From: Rickettsiella sp.
GTDB taxonomy: Bacteria > Pseudomonadota > Gammaproteobacteria > Diplorickettsiales > Diplorickettsiaceae
Reading direction: 5' to 3'
DNA: 24,000 bases
Assembly: GCA_964417555.1 (NCBI GenBank)
Contig: CAYQIM010000038.1
Coordinates: 143,887 to 167,886 of the forward strand
Shown: positions 1 to 8,685 of the stretch, piece after piece
Position numbering within the stretch: the stretch's first letter is position 1
Layout of the letters: each line of letters opens with the position of its first letter
Position numbers and translations under genes: made by a program
Notes under the pieces: model-generated
Told to the model about the DNA's origin: nothing
Seen by the model: the letters and a program-made list of their open reading frames with translations, nothing else
Database searches by the model: none

Positions 1-1095
1 AATAGCGATGCAGCACTAATTCTTCATCTAAGTGAACGTAAGGTGTTGTTGTGCGGACATTGTTATGCCGGTGAAATTAAAAAAGCAATGTTTTCTGTTT
101 TGAATTATTTATTACCGGAACAAGATGTTTTGCCTATGCATTGTTCTGCGAATGTGGGTAAACAGGGCGATGTGGCCTTATTCTTCGGCTTATCAGGAAC
201 GGGTAAGACAACTTTATCGGCTGACCCCGAACGTTACTTGATTGGAGATGACGAGCATGGTTGGAGTGAGGACAGCGTCTTTAATTTTGAAGGCGGTTGT
301 TATGCTAAATGTATCGACTTATCGAAAGAACGTGAGCCAGTCATTTGGGATGCTATTCGCCATGGGGCGGTGATGGAAAATGTTGTATTAGATCCTAAAA
401 CTTTAGCGCCAAATTATAGTGATGCCAGTCTAACTCAAAATACACGGGTGGCTTATCCGTTAGAGTTTATCTCTCTGCGTGCACCAGAAAATCGTGTCGA
501 TCGTTTACCCAACGCGGTGATTTTTTTAACTTGCGACTTGTATGGGGTGTTACCACCCGTAGCGCGTTTGACCAATGAACAAGCCGCTTATTATTTTCTT
601 AGTGGATATACCGCCTTAGTAGGTAGTACCGAGGTGGGACAAAGCGAACCTATTAAAACAACGTTTAGTACCTGCTTTGGAGCGCCTTTTTTTCCACGTC
701 CTGCAAAAGTTTATGCTGAGTTACTTATTAAACGTTTAAAAAATAGTGACGCTAACGTTTATCTCGTTAATACGGGTTGGACCGGTGGGCCCTATGGGCA
801 GGGTCAACGCTTTCCTATTCCTGCAACGCGGGCAATCATTCATGCTATTTTAAATAATGGGATGAAATCAACGGAATATACGACCTTGCCAGGTTTTAAT
901 TTGGCTATTCCTAAACAGTTGCAAGGTATTGATGATCGCTTATTAAATCCAAAACAAACATGGGATGATCCCAATGAATATGATAAGCAAGCCAAGGAAT
1001 TAATGGGTAAGTTTATCGAGAATTTTAAGAAATTTGAAGTGAGTGAAGAAATCCGCAATGCAGGGCCTAAGAACGTGTTTTCAAATGCACGATGA
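1..1095 (+). CDS. pckA: Phosphoenolpyruvate carboxykinase (ATP), 5'-truncated by the window edge
   Basis: Frame 1 is open from base 1; the listed ORF 43..1095 only starts at an internal GTG. The translation has the ATP-PEPCK P-loop [11 protein letters not shown] plus IGDDEHGW and NTGWTGG segments. The last 8 codons and the TGA stop lie inside repeat copy 1. Confidence 0.95.
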   Translation, partial: NSDAALILHLSERKVLLCGHCYAGEIKKAMFSVLNYLLPEQDVLPMHCSANVGKQGDVALFFGLSGTGKTTLSADPERYLIGDDEHGWSEDSVFNFEGGCYAKCIDLSKEREPVIWDAIRHGAVMENVVLDPKTLAPNYSDASLTQNTRVAYPLEFISLRAPENRVDRLPNAVIFLTCDLYGVLPPVARLTNEQAAYYFLSGYTALVGSTEVGQSEPIKTTFSTCFGAPFFPRPAKVYAELLIKRLKNSDANVYLVNTGWTGGPYGQGQRFPIPATRAIIHAILNNGMKSTEYTTLPGFNLAIPKQLQGIDDRLLNPKQTWDDPNEYDKQAKELMGKFIENFKKFEVSEEIRNAGPKNVFSNAR

Positions 1096-1215
1096 CGGTC
1101 AAAAAACATTGTTTTTCTGTGTTTCGCTACTCACATACGTCATGTATGCTCCGTTGTTGCGATACTCGAAGAACAATGTTTTTTGTCTCGTCCTAGTACA
1201 TTTGAAAACACGTTC
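1071..1215 (+). repeat. MITE-like palindromic intergenic element, copy 1 (145 bp)
   Basis: The outer 17 nt GAACGTGTTTTCAAATG are the perfect reverse complement of the terminal CATTTGAAAACACGTTC. The inner block AAAAAACATTGTT pairs with AACAATGTTTTTT. It aligns along its full length with 14870-15011 and 18592-18732. Direct TAA lies on both flanks (1068-1070 and 1216-1218). Confidence 0.9.
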
Positions 1216-1259
1216 TAATTTTGTGGAGGAAATGTCCTGAAATAACTTTTGCGAGCTAT

Positions 1260-2168
1260 CTAACCCATTTGATTCTCAAATTCATTCGCTATTTCTTCAG
1301 CACGTTGTTTAGCAGCGAGCATGGCTTTTTTAATTAATTCAGAAAACTGAGCTTGTTCTAAAACCTTTAGCGCTGCTTGAGTTGTGCCGCCGCGGGAGGT
1401 GACATTGTGTTTTAGTTTTTCGACTGATTCCTCACTTTCAAGCGCCATGCGGGCAGCTCCTAATGCCGTTTGCTGACTTAAGAGGGAGGCGACTTCTTTC
1501 GATAAACCCAACGCTATACCCGCATTCTGTATCGCATGGATTAGCAAGAAAAAGTAAGCGGGCCCACTACCAGAGAGTGCGGCAACGATGTCTATTTCTA
1601 TTTCTGTGTTAAGCCAGACAACGATACCTACACTACGAAATAGAAATTCAGCAGCACTTTTTTGTAATGATGAGCAATTGGGATTAGCAAATAAGCCAGT
1701 TGCGCCGCAACCTAGCATAGCCGGTGTATTAGGCATAGATCGAATGATGGCAATATCATCTTGTGTTCTCCCCACACTTAAATTTTTCGTATTGCCTGTT
1801 TCTCCATTTTGCGGCTGCCGAAAACCTAATTGCTGTGAGCATAGATAATTTTGAATGGTTTTGAGATTGATTCCTACCGCAATAGAGATAAGTAAAGGTT
1901 TTTTTTCTTGGATAAGGTCAGCGATTTCATTAACGACTTTTTTTAACGCTTGCGGTTTAACAGCGAGTACCAGCACATCAACTGCTTTAACGACTAAATG
2001 ATTATCAGAGCTAGTATGAATATTTAAACTTTTTAATTTCTCAAGTTGTTCCAAATTAGTGTTGGTTGCCCAAATTTTTTTTGGATTGTATCCATCCGCT
2101 AACAAACCGCTGATTAAGCTGCTAGCCATATTCCCTGCACCAATAAAACCGATATTCAAGTTCTGCAT
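1260..2168 (-). CDS. proC: Pyrroline-5-carboxylate reductase
   Basis: The 302-aa ORF has the N-terminal Rossmann motif GFIGAGNMASS, the conserved MPNTPA segment and a C-terminal SRGGTT motif typical of ProC. It carries an extra segment of about 26 aa before MPNTPA. Confidence 0.9.
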   Translation of the reverse strand: MQNLNIGFIGAGNMASSLISGLLADGYNPKKIWATNTNLEQLEKLKSLNIHTSSDNHLVVKAVDVLVLAVKPQALKKVVNEIADLIQEKKPLLISIAVGINLKTIQNYLCSQQLGFRQPQNGETGNTKNLSVGRTQDDIAIIRSMPNTPAMLGCGATGLFANPNCSSLQKSAAEFLFRSVGIVVWLNTEIEIDIVAALSGSGPAYFFLLIHAIQNAGIALGLSKEVASLLSQQTALGAARMALESEESVEKLKHNVTSRGGTTQAALKVLEQAQFSELIKKAMLAAKQRAEEIANEFENQMG

Positions 2169-2177
2169 ATTATTTAT

Positions 2178-2855
2178 TTACCTTTTTTGCAAATAACTGT
2201 CGACACGGGCTAACTCCTGCAAAGTGCCTACGTTGAACCAACACCCTGAGTAATATTCGCCCGTTACTTTTTTTTCGTCGATAGCGACACGTAATAACTC
2301 TGATAAGGGAAAGGGCAGTTCAGGCCTACGACCTGCAAATAAGCTGGGGCGGTAAATGGCGAAATTAGCGAAAGTGAGTTTTGGTGATTTATGTAAAGCT
2401 AAAAATTGATCTGACTGAAGATGAAAATCGCCTTCTGGATGAAAGTGTGGGTTATCAACTAAGACAAGGTGCGTTTGTGCGGAGGGGAGTGGTAGGTGTT
2501 GTGATAATTTTTCTAGTGGATAGTCCGTCCAAATATCACTACTTAGCACAATGAAAGGTTCGTTCCCTAAGAGAGGGAGTGCTTGGACAATTCCGCCTCC
2601 TGTTTCTAGGGCGGTGGGTTCAAATGAGTATTCAATGGTTACACCGTAATGATGCCCATTGCCTAAGGTTTCTATAATTTGTTTCGCGCGATAAGAAACA
2701 TTAATGACAATGTCTTTAATGCCGGCATCGGCTAATTTTAGCAGCTGATGTGCGATCAAAGGCTTATTAGCAATGGTGACTAATGGTTTAGGTATCTCAT
2801 CAGTTAGAGGTCGCATACGTAAACCTCGACCGGCAGCAAGTATCATCGCTTTCAT
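2178..2855 (-). CDS. murU: N-acetylmuramate alpha-1-phosphate uridylyltransferase-like nucleotidyltransferase
   Basis: The 225-aa ORF starts MKAMILAAGRGLRMRPLT..PKPLV (sugar-nucleotidyltransferase G-loop). It has ETGGGI, DIWTDY and HLVLVDNP blocks as in Pseudomonas MurU. It overlaps the upstream kinase gene by 4 nt. Confidence 0.8.
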   Translation of the reverse strand: MKAMILAAGRGLRMRPLTDEIPKPLVTIANKPLIAHQLLKLADAGIKDIVINVSYRAKQIIETLGNGHHYGVTIEYSFEPTALETGGGIVQALPLLGNEPFIVLSSDIWTDYPLEKLSQHLPLPSAQTHLVLVDNPHFHPEGDFHLQSDQFLALHKSPKLTFANFAIYRPSLFAGRRPELPFPLSELLRVAIDEKKVTGEYYSGCWFNVGTLQELARVDSYLQKR

Positions 2856-3859
2856 TTTTCTTCTGTTTCTCTCAATTTAGTATGAACGTCCAATTGTAAT
2901 AATTGCTTAAATTCAGTAAGTTCAGGATATTTTTCACAGACTTGACATAGGTAATGAAGAAGCCGGTGGGTACTCGCAAGGTATTGAGATTTGCCATCTC
3001 GATAACAAAGACGTGCAAAAATACCTAATATTTTCAAATGTCGTTGCACACCAATTAAATCAAACCAGCGAAGAAATTCTTCTGGAGAAAATTGATATTT
3101 CGGCATTAACATCTGATGAAAGTTCAATGCCCATTGTATTACTTGATTTTCTGGCCAGTCAATATAGGCATCGCGCAATAATGAAACGGCATCATAAGTA
3201 ATAGGCCCATAGAGCGCATCTTGAAAATCTAACACGCCGACTTTTTGTTTATCTAATAGTAAATTACGGGAGTGGTAATCACGATGTACGCAAACGTAGG
3301 GTTGCTCAAGTGCTGAAGTAATCAATACTTGAAAAATTTTTTCCAGTGAAGTTATAAGTTTAGGTGTAATAGTAAGTTTTAAATGTCTATCTAAAAACCA
3401 ATCAACAAATAGGCTTAGTTCAAAACGAATGAATTTTTCATTAAATAAACCTAAAGGTTGATTATTATTTAGTTTTGGTTTGCAGGCTTGGATTTTGGGA
3501 ATGACGGCAAGTGCGTGCGTATATAGGTCATCGGCGTTTTGTTCGTTTAATAAATTTAAATATAAAGCGTTACCAAGATCGCTTAAGAGAATAAACCCAT
3601 ATTCTAGGTTATAGGCAAGGATATCTGGGGCATGAATTCCATGAGACACAAAATCTTTGGCAATTGCAATAAATGCGGTAATATCTTCCTTATCGGGGGG
3701 AGCAAGCATAACAACGTAGCTCTGCCTATCGACTTGGACGCGAAAATATCGGCGGAAGCTCGCATCGTTAACCAAAGGTTGTAATTTAAAATGATTGAGC
3801 GAATAGACGGTTTTTAACCAATTTTCTAGAGATTGGAATTCATTTACATGAATAGGCAT
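2852..3859 (-). CDS. amgK: Anomeric MurNAc/GlcNAc kinase-like aminoglycoside-phosphotransferase-fold protein
   Basis: The 335-aa ORF has the APH-fold catalytic loop HRDYHSRNLLL and the metal-binding segment VLDFQDA. Its translational coupling with murU reproduces the known amgK-murU pair. Confidence 0.75.
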   Translation of the reverse strand: MPIHVNEFQSLENWLKTVYSLNHFKLQPLVNDASFRRYFRVQVDRQSYVVMLAPPDKEDITAFIAIAKDFVSHGIHAPDILAYNLEYGFILLSDLGNALYLNLLNEQNADDLYTHALAVIPKIQACKPKLNNNQPLGLFNEKFIRFELSLFVDWFLDRHLKLTITPKLITSLEKIFQVLITSALEQPYVCVHRDYHSRNLLLDKQKVGVLDFQDALYGPITYDAVSLLRDAYIDWPENQVIQWALNFHQMLMPKYQFSPEEFLRWFDLIGVQRHLKILGIFARLCYRDGKSQYLASTHRLLHYLCQVCEKYPELTEFKQLLQLDVHTKLRETEEK

Positions 3860-4027
3860 GTGATTAACTTAATAATAAAGGCCGATCTAGATTTTACATT
3901 TTAGAATGTAGTATATAGTAACTGCGTTTAAAATGGCGAATTCCTGTGTCAAAGTGCGATAAGGTAGACGGCGGGAAGCAGTTACGTCTTAGGTGGTGTA
4001 TTCGGGTTAAATAGGTGAGGACGGAAC

Positions 4028-4906
4028 ATGTTTCATGGCAGCATAGTGGCGTTGTTAACACCAATGCGTGAAAACGGAGACATTGATTATTCTTGTTTGC
4101 GTGATTTGGTTGAGTGGCATATTGCACAACGTACAGATGCTATTCTTATTCTGGGAACGACGGGCGAACCAGCCACATTGAACCTTGAAGAACAAAATAA
4201 TGTTATTAGTACGGTTGTAGAGCAGGCTCATAGGCGTATTTCTGTGATTGCTGGTACAGGAACTAATTGTACGCAAAGCAGTATAGACCGGACTCGAACA
4301 GCAATGGAAATAGGGGTTGATGCTTGTTTATTAGTGACCCCCTATTATAATTGCCCCACACAAGAAGGGCTCTACCAACATTATCGTTTAATTGCAGAAA
4401 AAGTTCCTATTCCGCAAATTTTATATAATATCCCTAAGAGAACAGGGGTTGATTTATTGCCTGAGACTGTAGCTAGACTTGCGGGTATTGCTAATATTGT
4501 AGGTATCAAAGAAGGCCGACCCGATAACGCTAAAGCTATTATAGAATGTTGCGGAACGAATATAGATATTTATAGTGGCGATGATAGTTCGGCTTTAGAA
4601 ATTATAGGTGCGGGTGGCAAAGGTGTAGTTTCCGTTGTGGCAAATTTATTACCGAAAACAATGCATGCTCTTTGGGAAGCTGCCAGTGATGCCGATCAAA
4701 AAAATAAAGCAAAAGTGATAGATGAGCAGCTCCAACCTTTCTATAAAGGTTTATTTGTTGAAACGAATCCTATCCCTGTTAAATGGTTGGCGGCTGAACG
4801 TAAATTAATTCCAACATCCTATGTTCGCTTACCTTTGACGGTTATGTCAAAGATAAAACAAGCCGAGTTAAACCCCTTGCTAAGTCTCTTTGAGGATTTT
4901 ACATAA
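4028..4906 (+). CDS. dapA: 4-hydroxy-tetrahydrodipicolinate synthase
   Basis: The 292-aa ORF has the GTTGE motif and a DapA-like fold signature, with a YNIP and GIKE context for the catalytic Lys. A GAGGA Shine-Dalgarno lies about 8 nt upstream of the ATG. Confidence 0.95.
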   Translation: MFHGSIVALLTPMRENGDIDYSCLRDLVEWHIAQRTDAILILGTTGEPATLNLEEQNNVISTVVEQAHRRISVIAGTGTNCTQSSIDRTRTAMEIGVDACLLVTPYYNCPTQEGLYQHYRLIAEKVPIPQILYNIPKRTGVDLLPETVARLAGIANIVGIKEGRPDNAKAIIECCGTNIDIYSGDDSSALEIIGAGGKGVVSVVANLLPKTMHALWEAASDADQKNKAKVIDEQLQPFYKGLFVETNPIPVKWLAAERKLIPTSYVRLPLTVMSKIKQAELNPLLSLFEDFT

Positions 4907-4914
4907 ATATCATT

Positions 4915-5139
4915 ATGAAGCTTTCTTTATTACTATTCAGTTTGTTATTCAGTTTAGTAGGCTGTACTTCAGTTAATAGCTATTTAAAAACGCGTAAGTC
5001 TCAATACCTTTATAGTCAGGATTTTGGCCCTTTAAAAATGCCAAGCGGTTTAAAATTAGAGCAAACACAGTATATAATACCAACAGCTAGTGCAGCAAAA
5101 CCGACGGAATTGCCTAATTTATATCCTCCTACGGATTAA
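4915..5139 (+). CDS. Small lipoprotein, possible minimal BamC/NlpB-like protein
   Basis: The 74-aa ORF has a signal peptide plus lipobox LVGC. It starts 8 nt after dapA, the position occupied by bamC (nlpB) in many gammaproteobacteria. It has only about 55 mature residues. Confidence 0.55.
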   Translation: MKLSLLLFSLLFSLVGCTSVNSYLKTRKSQYLYSQDFGPLKMPSGLKLEQTQYIIPTASAAKPTELPNLYPPTD

Positions 5140-5197
5140 ATTTCTGGACACGACACACCCAGAAGGCGAAAGGACTCAGATCGCTTCCGAATCTATT

Positions 5198-5203
5198 TAG
5201 AAT
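5198..5203 (+). promoter_or_regulatory. Possible -10 hexamer (TAGAAT) for tRNA-Ser
   Basis: TAGAAT ends 8 nt before the first tRNA base. The -35 at 17-nt spacing (CTCAGA) is poor. Confidence 0.25.
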
Positions 5204-5211
5204 GATTGACT

Positions 5212-5302
5212 GGAGAGGTACCAAAGCGGCCATAATGGCGCCGACTCGAAATCGGATGAGGATGAAAATCCTACGTGGGTTCGAATCCCACCCTCTCCGC
5301 CA
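5212..5302 (+). tRNA. tRNA-Ser (anticodon CGA), CCA encoded
   Basis: A cloverleaf can be read directly. The acceptor stem is GGAGAGG/CCTCTCC. The T-arm is GTGGG-TTCGAAT-CCCAC. The long variable arm is AGGAT-GAAA-ATCCT. The anticodon loop is CTCGAAA, with discriminator G plus CCA. Confidence 0.9.
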
Positions 5303-5326
5303 ACTTTTTTACTTTTTGAAAGTAGT

Positions 5327-5926
5327 TTAAACCTCAACACTTTTTGCTTTAATTGCTTGCAGTGAGATATATTCAAGCGGTTCGTAGGTTTGATTATAAT
5401 CTGTTTTTTCACTCTTTTCGCTATTAAATAGTACAATTTCATTGACTAACATGGGGCTGGTATTTAATTTAAGATCATCACGTAGATTAGGCGCATGGTG
5501 GTGGATAATACGACCCAGGGTTAAATGGGGTAAATAAGGCTTTGTTTCTGGTGTAAAACCTAATTTTGCCGCAACTTCTTCTAATGAATGCGCTAATTCA
5601 AAAAGTTCTGACGTAGGTATAATATCAGCTGCAATAGCACGAGGCGCAGTAGGGGATGGAAAAAAACGAATATTATGTAACTGAAGAGGAAAAGGTTCAA
5701 TTTTTTTTATAGCTGAATGAGCCTGCTCAACGAGTGTCGGTATGAGCTTGGAGTCAGTGGTTCCTAAAAAGCGCAAGGTAACATGCAAGTTTTCTGGATG
5801 TACCCATCTAACACGGTGCCCCCATTGTTCTTTTTTTAATTCATCAATAAGTTGAGATAAAGCGCTGCGTAATCCATCGTTTAATTCAATGGCGAAAAAC
5901 AAACGTAAAAGATCATGAGTACTCAA
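5327..5926 (-). CDS. thpR: RNA 2',3'-cyclic phosphodiesterase (2H phosphoesterase / LigT family)
   Basis: The 199-aa ORF has the two H-x-T-x motifs of the 2H superfamily (LHVTLRFLG and PHLTLGR). Confidence 0.85.
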   Translation of the reverse strand: MSTHDLLRLFFAIELNDGLRSALSQLIDELKKEQWGHRVRWVHPENLHVTLRFLGTTDSKLIPTLVEQAHSAIKKIEPFPLQLHNIRFFPSPTAPRAIAADIIPTSELFELAHSLEEVAAKLGFTPETKPYLPHLTLGRIIHHHAPNLRDDLKLNTSPMLVNEIVLFNSEKSEKTDYNQTYEPLEYISLQAIKAKSVEV

Positions 5927-6270
5927 GTGTAGCTTCCTTACTAAAGACTATGACATTCAAAACAGTACGATACTTTAATGAAAAAAGACAGAGGTTTTTA
6001 TTTAAAATGCATTATTGTAGGTTGCTTTTCAAGAAAAATTTCTATACTGAGACAATTGCACAACCATTCATTATAACCTAATAGTTGAACTTATTTTGTC
6101 AGATATTAGCGATAAACCTTGTAAAACTTAAGCTTAAATAAACAACGATATCGATTGGATTACCCTTGCTTAAGAATAATATATTTAAGTATGGACTAAT
6201 TTTTTATGCTTATTACTAAATATAAGTTATAATGAGCGAATCCATTACCTCAGTTTAATCTAACTTTCCT

Positions 6271-7650
6271 ATGATTATTGATACTAGCTTGTTGTCCCGT
6301 ATTCAATTTGGGTTTACAGTGGGCTTTCATATCTTGTTTCCTACGCTCAATATTGGTCTCGCTGTTTTTTTATCGATCATGGAAGGTCTATGGTTAAAAA
6401 CAGCAAATCCAGTCTATTTAAAGATTTGTCAATTTTGGACAAAAATATTCGCACTGACTTTTGGTATGGGTGTGGTTTCTGGTGTTGTATTATCTTATGA
6501 GCTTGGTACTAATTTTGGACCTTTCATTCATAAAGCAGGTGGTGTCATAGGTGCTTTATTTGTTTACGAGGTATTAGCTGCGTTTTTTCTTGAAGCCGGT
6601 TTTTTAGGAGTGATGTTGTTTGGTTGGAATAAGGTAAGCGCTAGATTACATTATTCAGCTACACTTTTAGTGACTTTAGGAACTATTTTTTCAGCTTTAG
6701 GGATCCTGGCAGCCAATTCATGGATGCAAACACCGGCAGGGTTTCACATAGAAGCGGGTCAATATGTAGTTGATAATTGGTGGCAGGTTATTTTTAATCC
6801 CAGTATGTTACCCCGTTTTTTTCATATGTTGTTGGCTTCCTTGGTTACGAGCTGTTTTGCTATTGCAGGGGTATCAGCTTGGTATTTATTAAAACAAAGA
6901 CATATTGAAATAGCAAAAACTTGTTTTTCATTTGTATTAGGTGCCGCCATTATTCTTACGCCTACACAAATTTTATTAGGTGACATGGTGGGGTTAAAGG
7001 TCCATCAATACCAACCGCTTAAAACGGCAGCGATGGAAGGGAATTGGCAAACACAAAAAGGAGCTCCCTTAATATTATTTGCTATTCCTGATAGTAAACA
7101 CGCGGAAAACCACTATGTTGTGAGTATTCCAAAGCTAGCCAGTCTTATTAATACTCACCACTGGGATGGAACATTGACGGGTCTAAAAAGTGTTCCTGCC
7201 AAAGATAGGCCTGTTGTAGGAGCTACGTTTTGGATGTTTCGTGTCATGGTGGCGATTGGTTTATTATTTTTCTTGGTTGCTTTGGTTGCATTATGGCTAC
7301 GTTTCCGCGGCCGGCTTTATCACTACAAGGGATTTTATCGTTCTTGTATTGTTATAGCACCACTAGGCTTTTTGAGTACGATTGCGGGTTGGGTAACGGC
7401 TGAGTCAGGTCGTCAGCCGTGGGTCGTCTATGATCTTATTCGCACTTTCCAAGGGGCATCTATAGTTCCTTTGCATCAAGTGATTATCTCTTTAACTTTG
7501 TTAATTATTGTTTATGGCATCGTATTTAGTTTTTATTTATTTTACCTTTTTAAAGTAATACGCAAAGGACCCGCTTCTTTAAAGCAGGATACAACAGCAG
7601 ATGTGATGCCAGAAACACCCTTTAAATATATGGCGCCTGAGGTTAAATAA
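6271..7650 (+). CDS. cydA: Cytochrome bd-type quinol oxidase subunit I (short Q-loop, CIO-like)
   Basis: The 459-aa polytopic membrane protein has a CydA-like N-terminus (SRIQFGFTVGFHILFPTLNIGLA) and a GWVTAESGRQPWVV block. It is shorter than the roughly 520-aa long-Q-loop enzymes. Confidence 0.9.
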   Translation: MIIDTSLLSRIQFGFTVGFHILFPTLNIGLAVFLSIMEGLWLKTANPVYLKICQFWTKIFALTFGMGVVSGVVLSYELGTNFGPFIHKAGGVIGALFVYEVLAAFFLEAGFLGVMLFGWNKVSARLHYSATLLVTLGTIFSALGILAANSWMQTPAGFHIEAGQYVVDNWWQVIFNPSMLPRFFHMLLASLVTSCFAIAGVSAWYLLKQRHIEIAKTCFSFVLGAAIILTPTQILLGDMVGLKVHQYQPLKTAAMEGNWQTQKGAPLILFAIPDSKHAENHYVVSIPKLASLINTHHWDGTLTGLKSVPAKDRPVVGATFWMFRVMVAIGLLFFLVALVALWLRFRGRLYHYKGFYRSCIVIAPLGFLSTIAGWVTAESGRQPWVVYDLIRTFQGASIVPLHQVIISLTLLIIVYGIVFSFYLFYLFKVIRKGPASLKQDTTADVMPETPFKYMAPEVK

Positions 7651-8643
7651 ATGCTGTTAATTCTAACATGGGCCGTGATTATTTCTTTTATTATCATGAT
7701 GTATGTATTACTCGATGGTTTTGATTTAGGGATAGGTATTTTATTCCCCTGGATTAAGCACGGTCAGTATCGCGATATTATGATGAGCAGCGTCGTACCT
7801 GTCTGGGATGGTAATGAAACCTGGCTAGTGTTTGGAGCAGCCGCTTTATATGGGGCTTTTCCATTAGCCTATAGTGTTTTGTTGCCTACACTCTATATGC
7901 CGATTATGATCTTGTTAATCGCTTTGATCTTTCGTGGCGTAGCATTTGAATTTAGATTTAAAGCTCAACGAAGCCAGTTCGTTTGGGATATTGCTTTTGC
8001 AGTCGGTTCAACATTAGCTGCTTTTATCCAAGGGATTATTTTAGGCACTTTTGTAAAAGGTTATGGTAATCATTTGCCCCTTCCTCATTCAGCCTATCAA
8101 TGGTTGACTCCATTTAGTCTCTTTACGGGTTTTGCTGTTGTCTGTGGATATGCATTGTTAGGAGCAACCTGGTTGATTGTAAAGACCGAAGGTGATTTAC
8201 AGGATAAGCTTTATACGGCGGCTAAAATTTTATTAGGATTAGTGGCTTTCTTTTTAGTGGCAGTAAGTATTTGGACGCCCTTCATTGAGCCGCGTGTCAT
8301 GCAGCGTTGGTTTTCTTTGCCTAATTTTTATTACTTATCTCCATTACCGTTCTTAACGATCGTTCTTGTCTTCTACAATTTTTATTATTTATTTAAGCGT
8401 AGAGAAAGAGCGCCTTTTGTTTTGAGTATGGGATTATTTATTTTTTCTTATATTGGTTTTTGTATTAGTGCGTGGCCTTATATTATTCCGCATGTAATTC
8501 CAGTATGGGAAGCTGCGGCACCCTCTTCTACTTTAAAGTTTATATTAGTCGGTGCCGCCATTTTAATACCTATTTTATTGATTTATACCGTTTACTCCTA
8601 TCATGTTTTTCGCGGTAAAGTAAAAGAAGTTATTCATTATTAA
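7651..8643 (+). CDS. cydB: Cytochrome bd-type quinol oxidase subunit II
   Basis: The 330-aa membrane protein starts immediately after the cydA stop. It has an LDGFDLGIGIL motif near the N-terminus, typical of CydB/CioB. Confidence 0.9.
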   Translation: MLLILTWAVIISFIIMMYVLLDGFDLGIGILFPWIKHGQYRDIMMSSVVPVWDGNETWLVFGAAALYGAFPLAYSVLLPTLYMPIMILLIALIFRGVAFEFRFKAQRSQFVWDIAFAVGSTLAAFIQGIILGTFVKGYGNHLPLPHSAYQWLTPFSLFTGFAVVCGYALLGATWLIVKTEGDLQDKLYTAAKILLGLVAFFLVAVSIWTPFIEPRVMQRWFSLPNFYYLSPLPFLTIVLVFYNFYYLFKRRERAPFVLSMGLFIFSYIGFCISAWPYIIPHVIPVWEAAAPSSTLKFILVGAAILIPILLIYTVYSYHVFRGKVKEVIHY

Positions 8644-8671
8644 TGCGTTGCCTTTTTGGCGAACGAAGTGC

Positions 8672-8685
8672 GAAGAGTATACTTA
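8672..8685 (+). repeat. 14-bp direct repeat GAAGAGTATACTTA, copy A (core palindrome AGTATACT)
   Basis: It is identical to 8844-8857 and overlaps the RBS and start of the small ORF. Confidence 0.85.

Noticed and set aside
840-1109. Antisense or alternative-frame ORFs nested in well-supported genes: 840..1109, 1588..1848, 3013..3201, 4055..4276, 13756..14037, 13761..13946, 14124..14318, 16193..16447, 16606..16881, 17551..17781, 17880..18068 and 19889..20254
   Set aside because: Each lies entirely within a conserved, motif-bearing gene on the other strand or in another frame. There is no independent evidence for any of them.
1043-1240. 65-aa ORF spanning element copy 1. The similar small ORFs 18585..18791 and 18469..18654 cover copy 3.
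   Set aside because: They lie inside a repeated palindromic element. They differ in strand and frame between copies, and they have no RBS or coding-like composition.
3894-4127. 77-aa minus-strand ORF across the amgK/dapA divergent promoter, and the 16-bp imperfect palindrome TACATT-TTAG-AATGTA (3895-3910)
   Set aside because: The ORF overlaps the dapA start and has no RBS. The palindrome is short and AT-rich, so it could easily arise by chance. I saw no lysine-riboswitch-like conserved core upstream of dapA.
5311-5324. Small hairpin TACTTT-TTG-AAAGTA after the tRNA-Ser T-run, considered as a possible terminator
   Set aside because: The stem is 6 bp and all A/T with a 3-nt loop, which is too weak to call.
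5197-5442. 81-aa minus-strand ORF
   Set aside because: It runs antisense across the tRNA-Ser gene and overlaps the 3' end of thpR, so it is an artefact of ORF calling.
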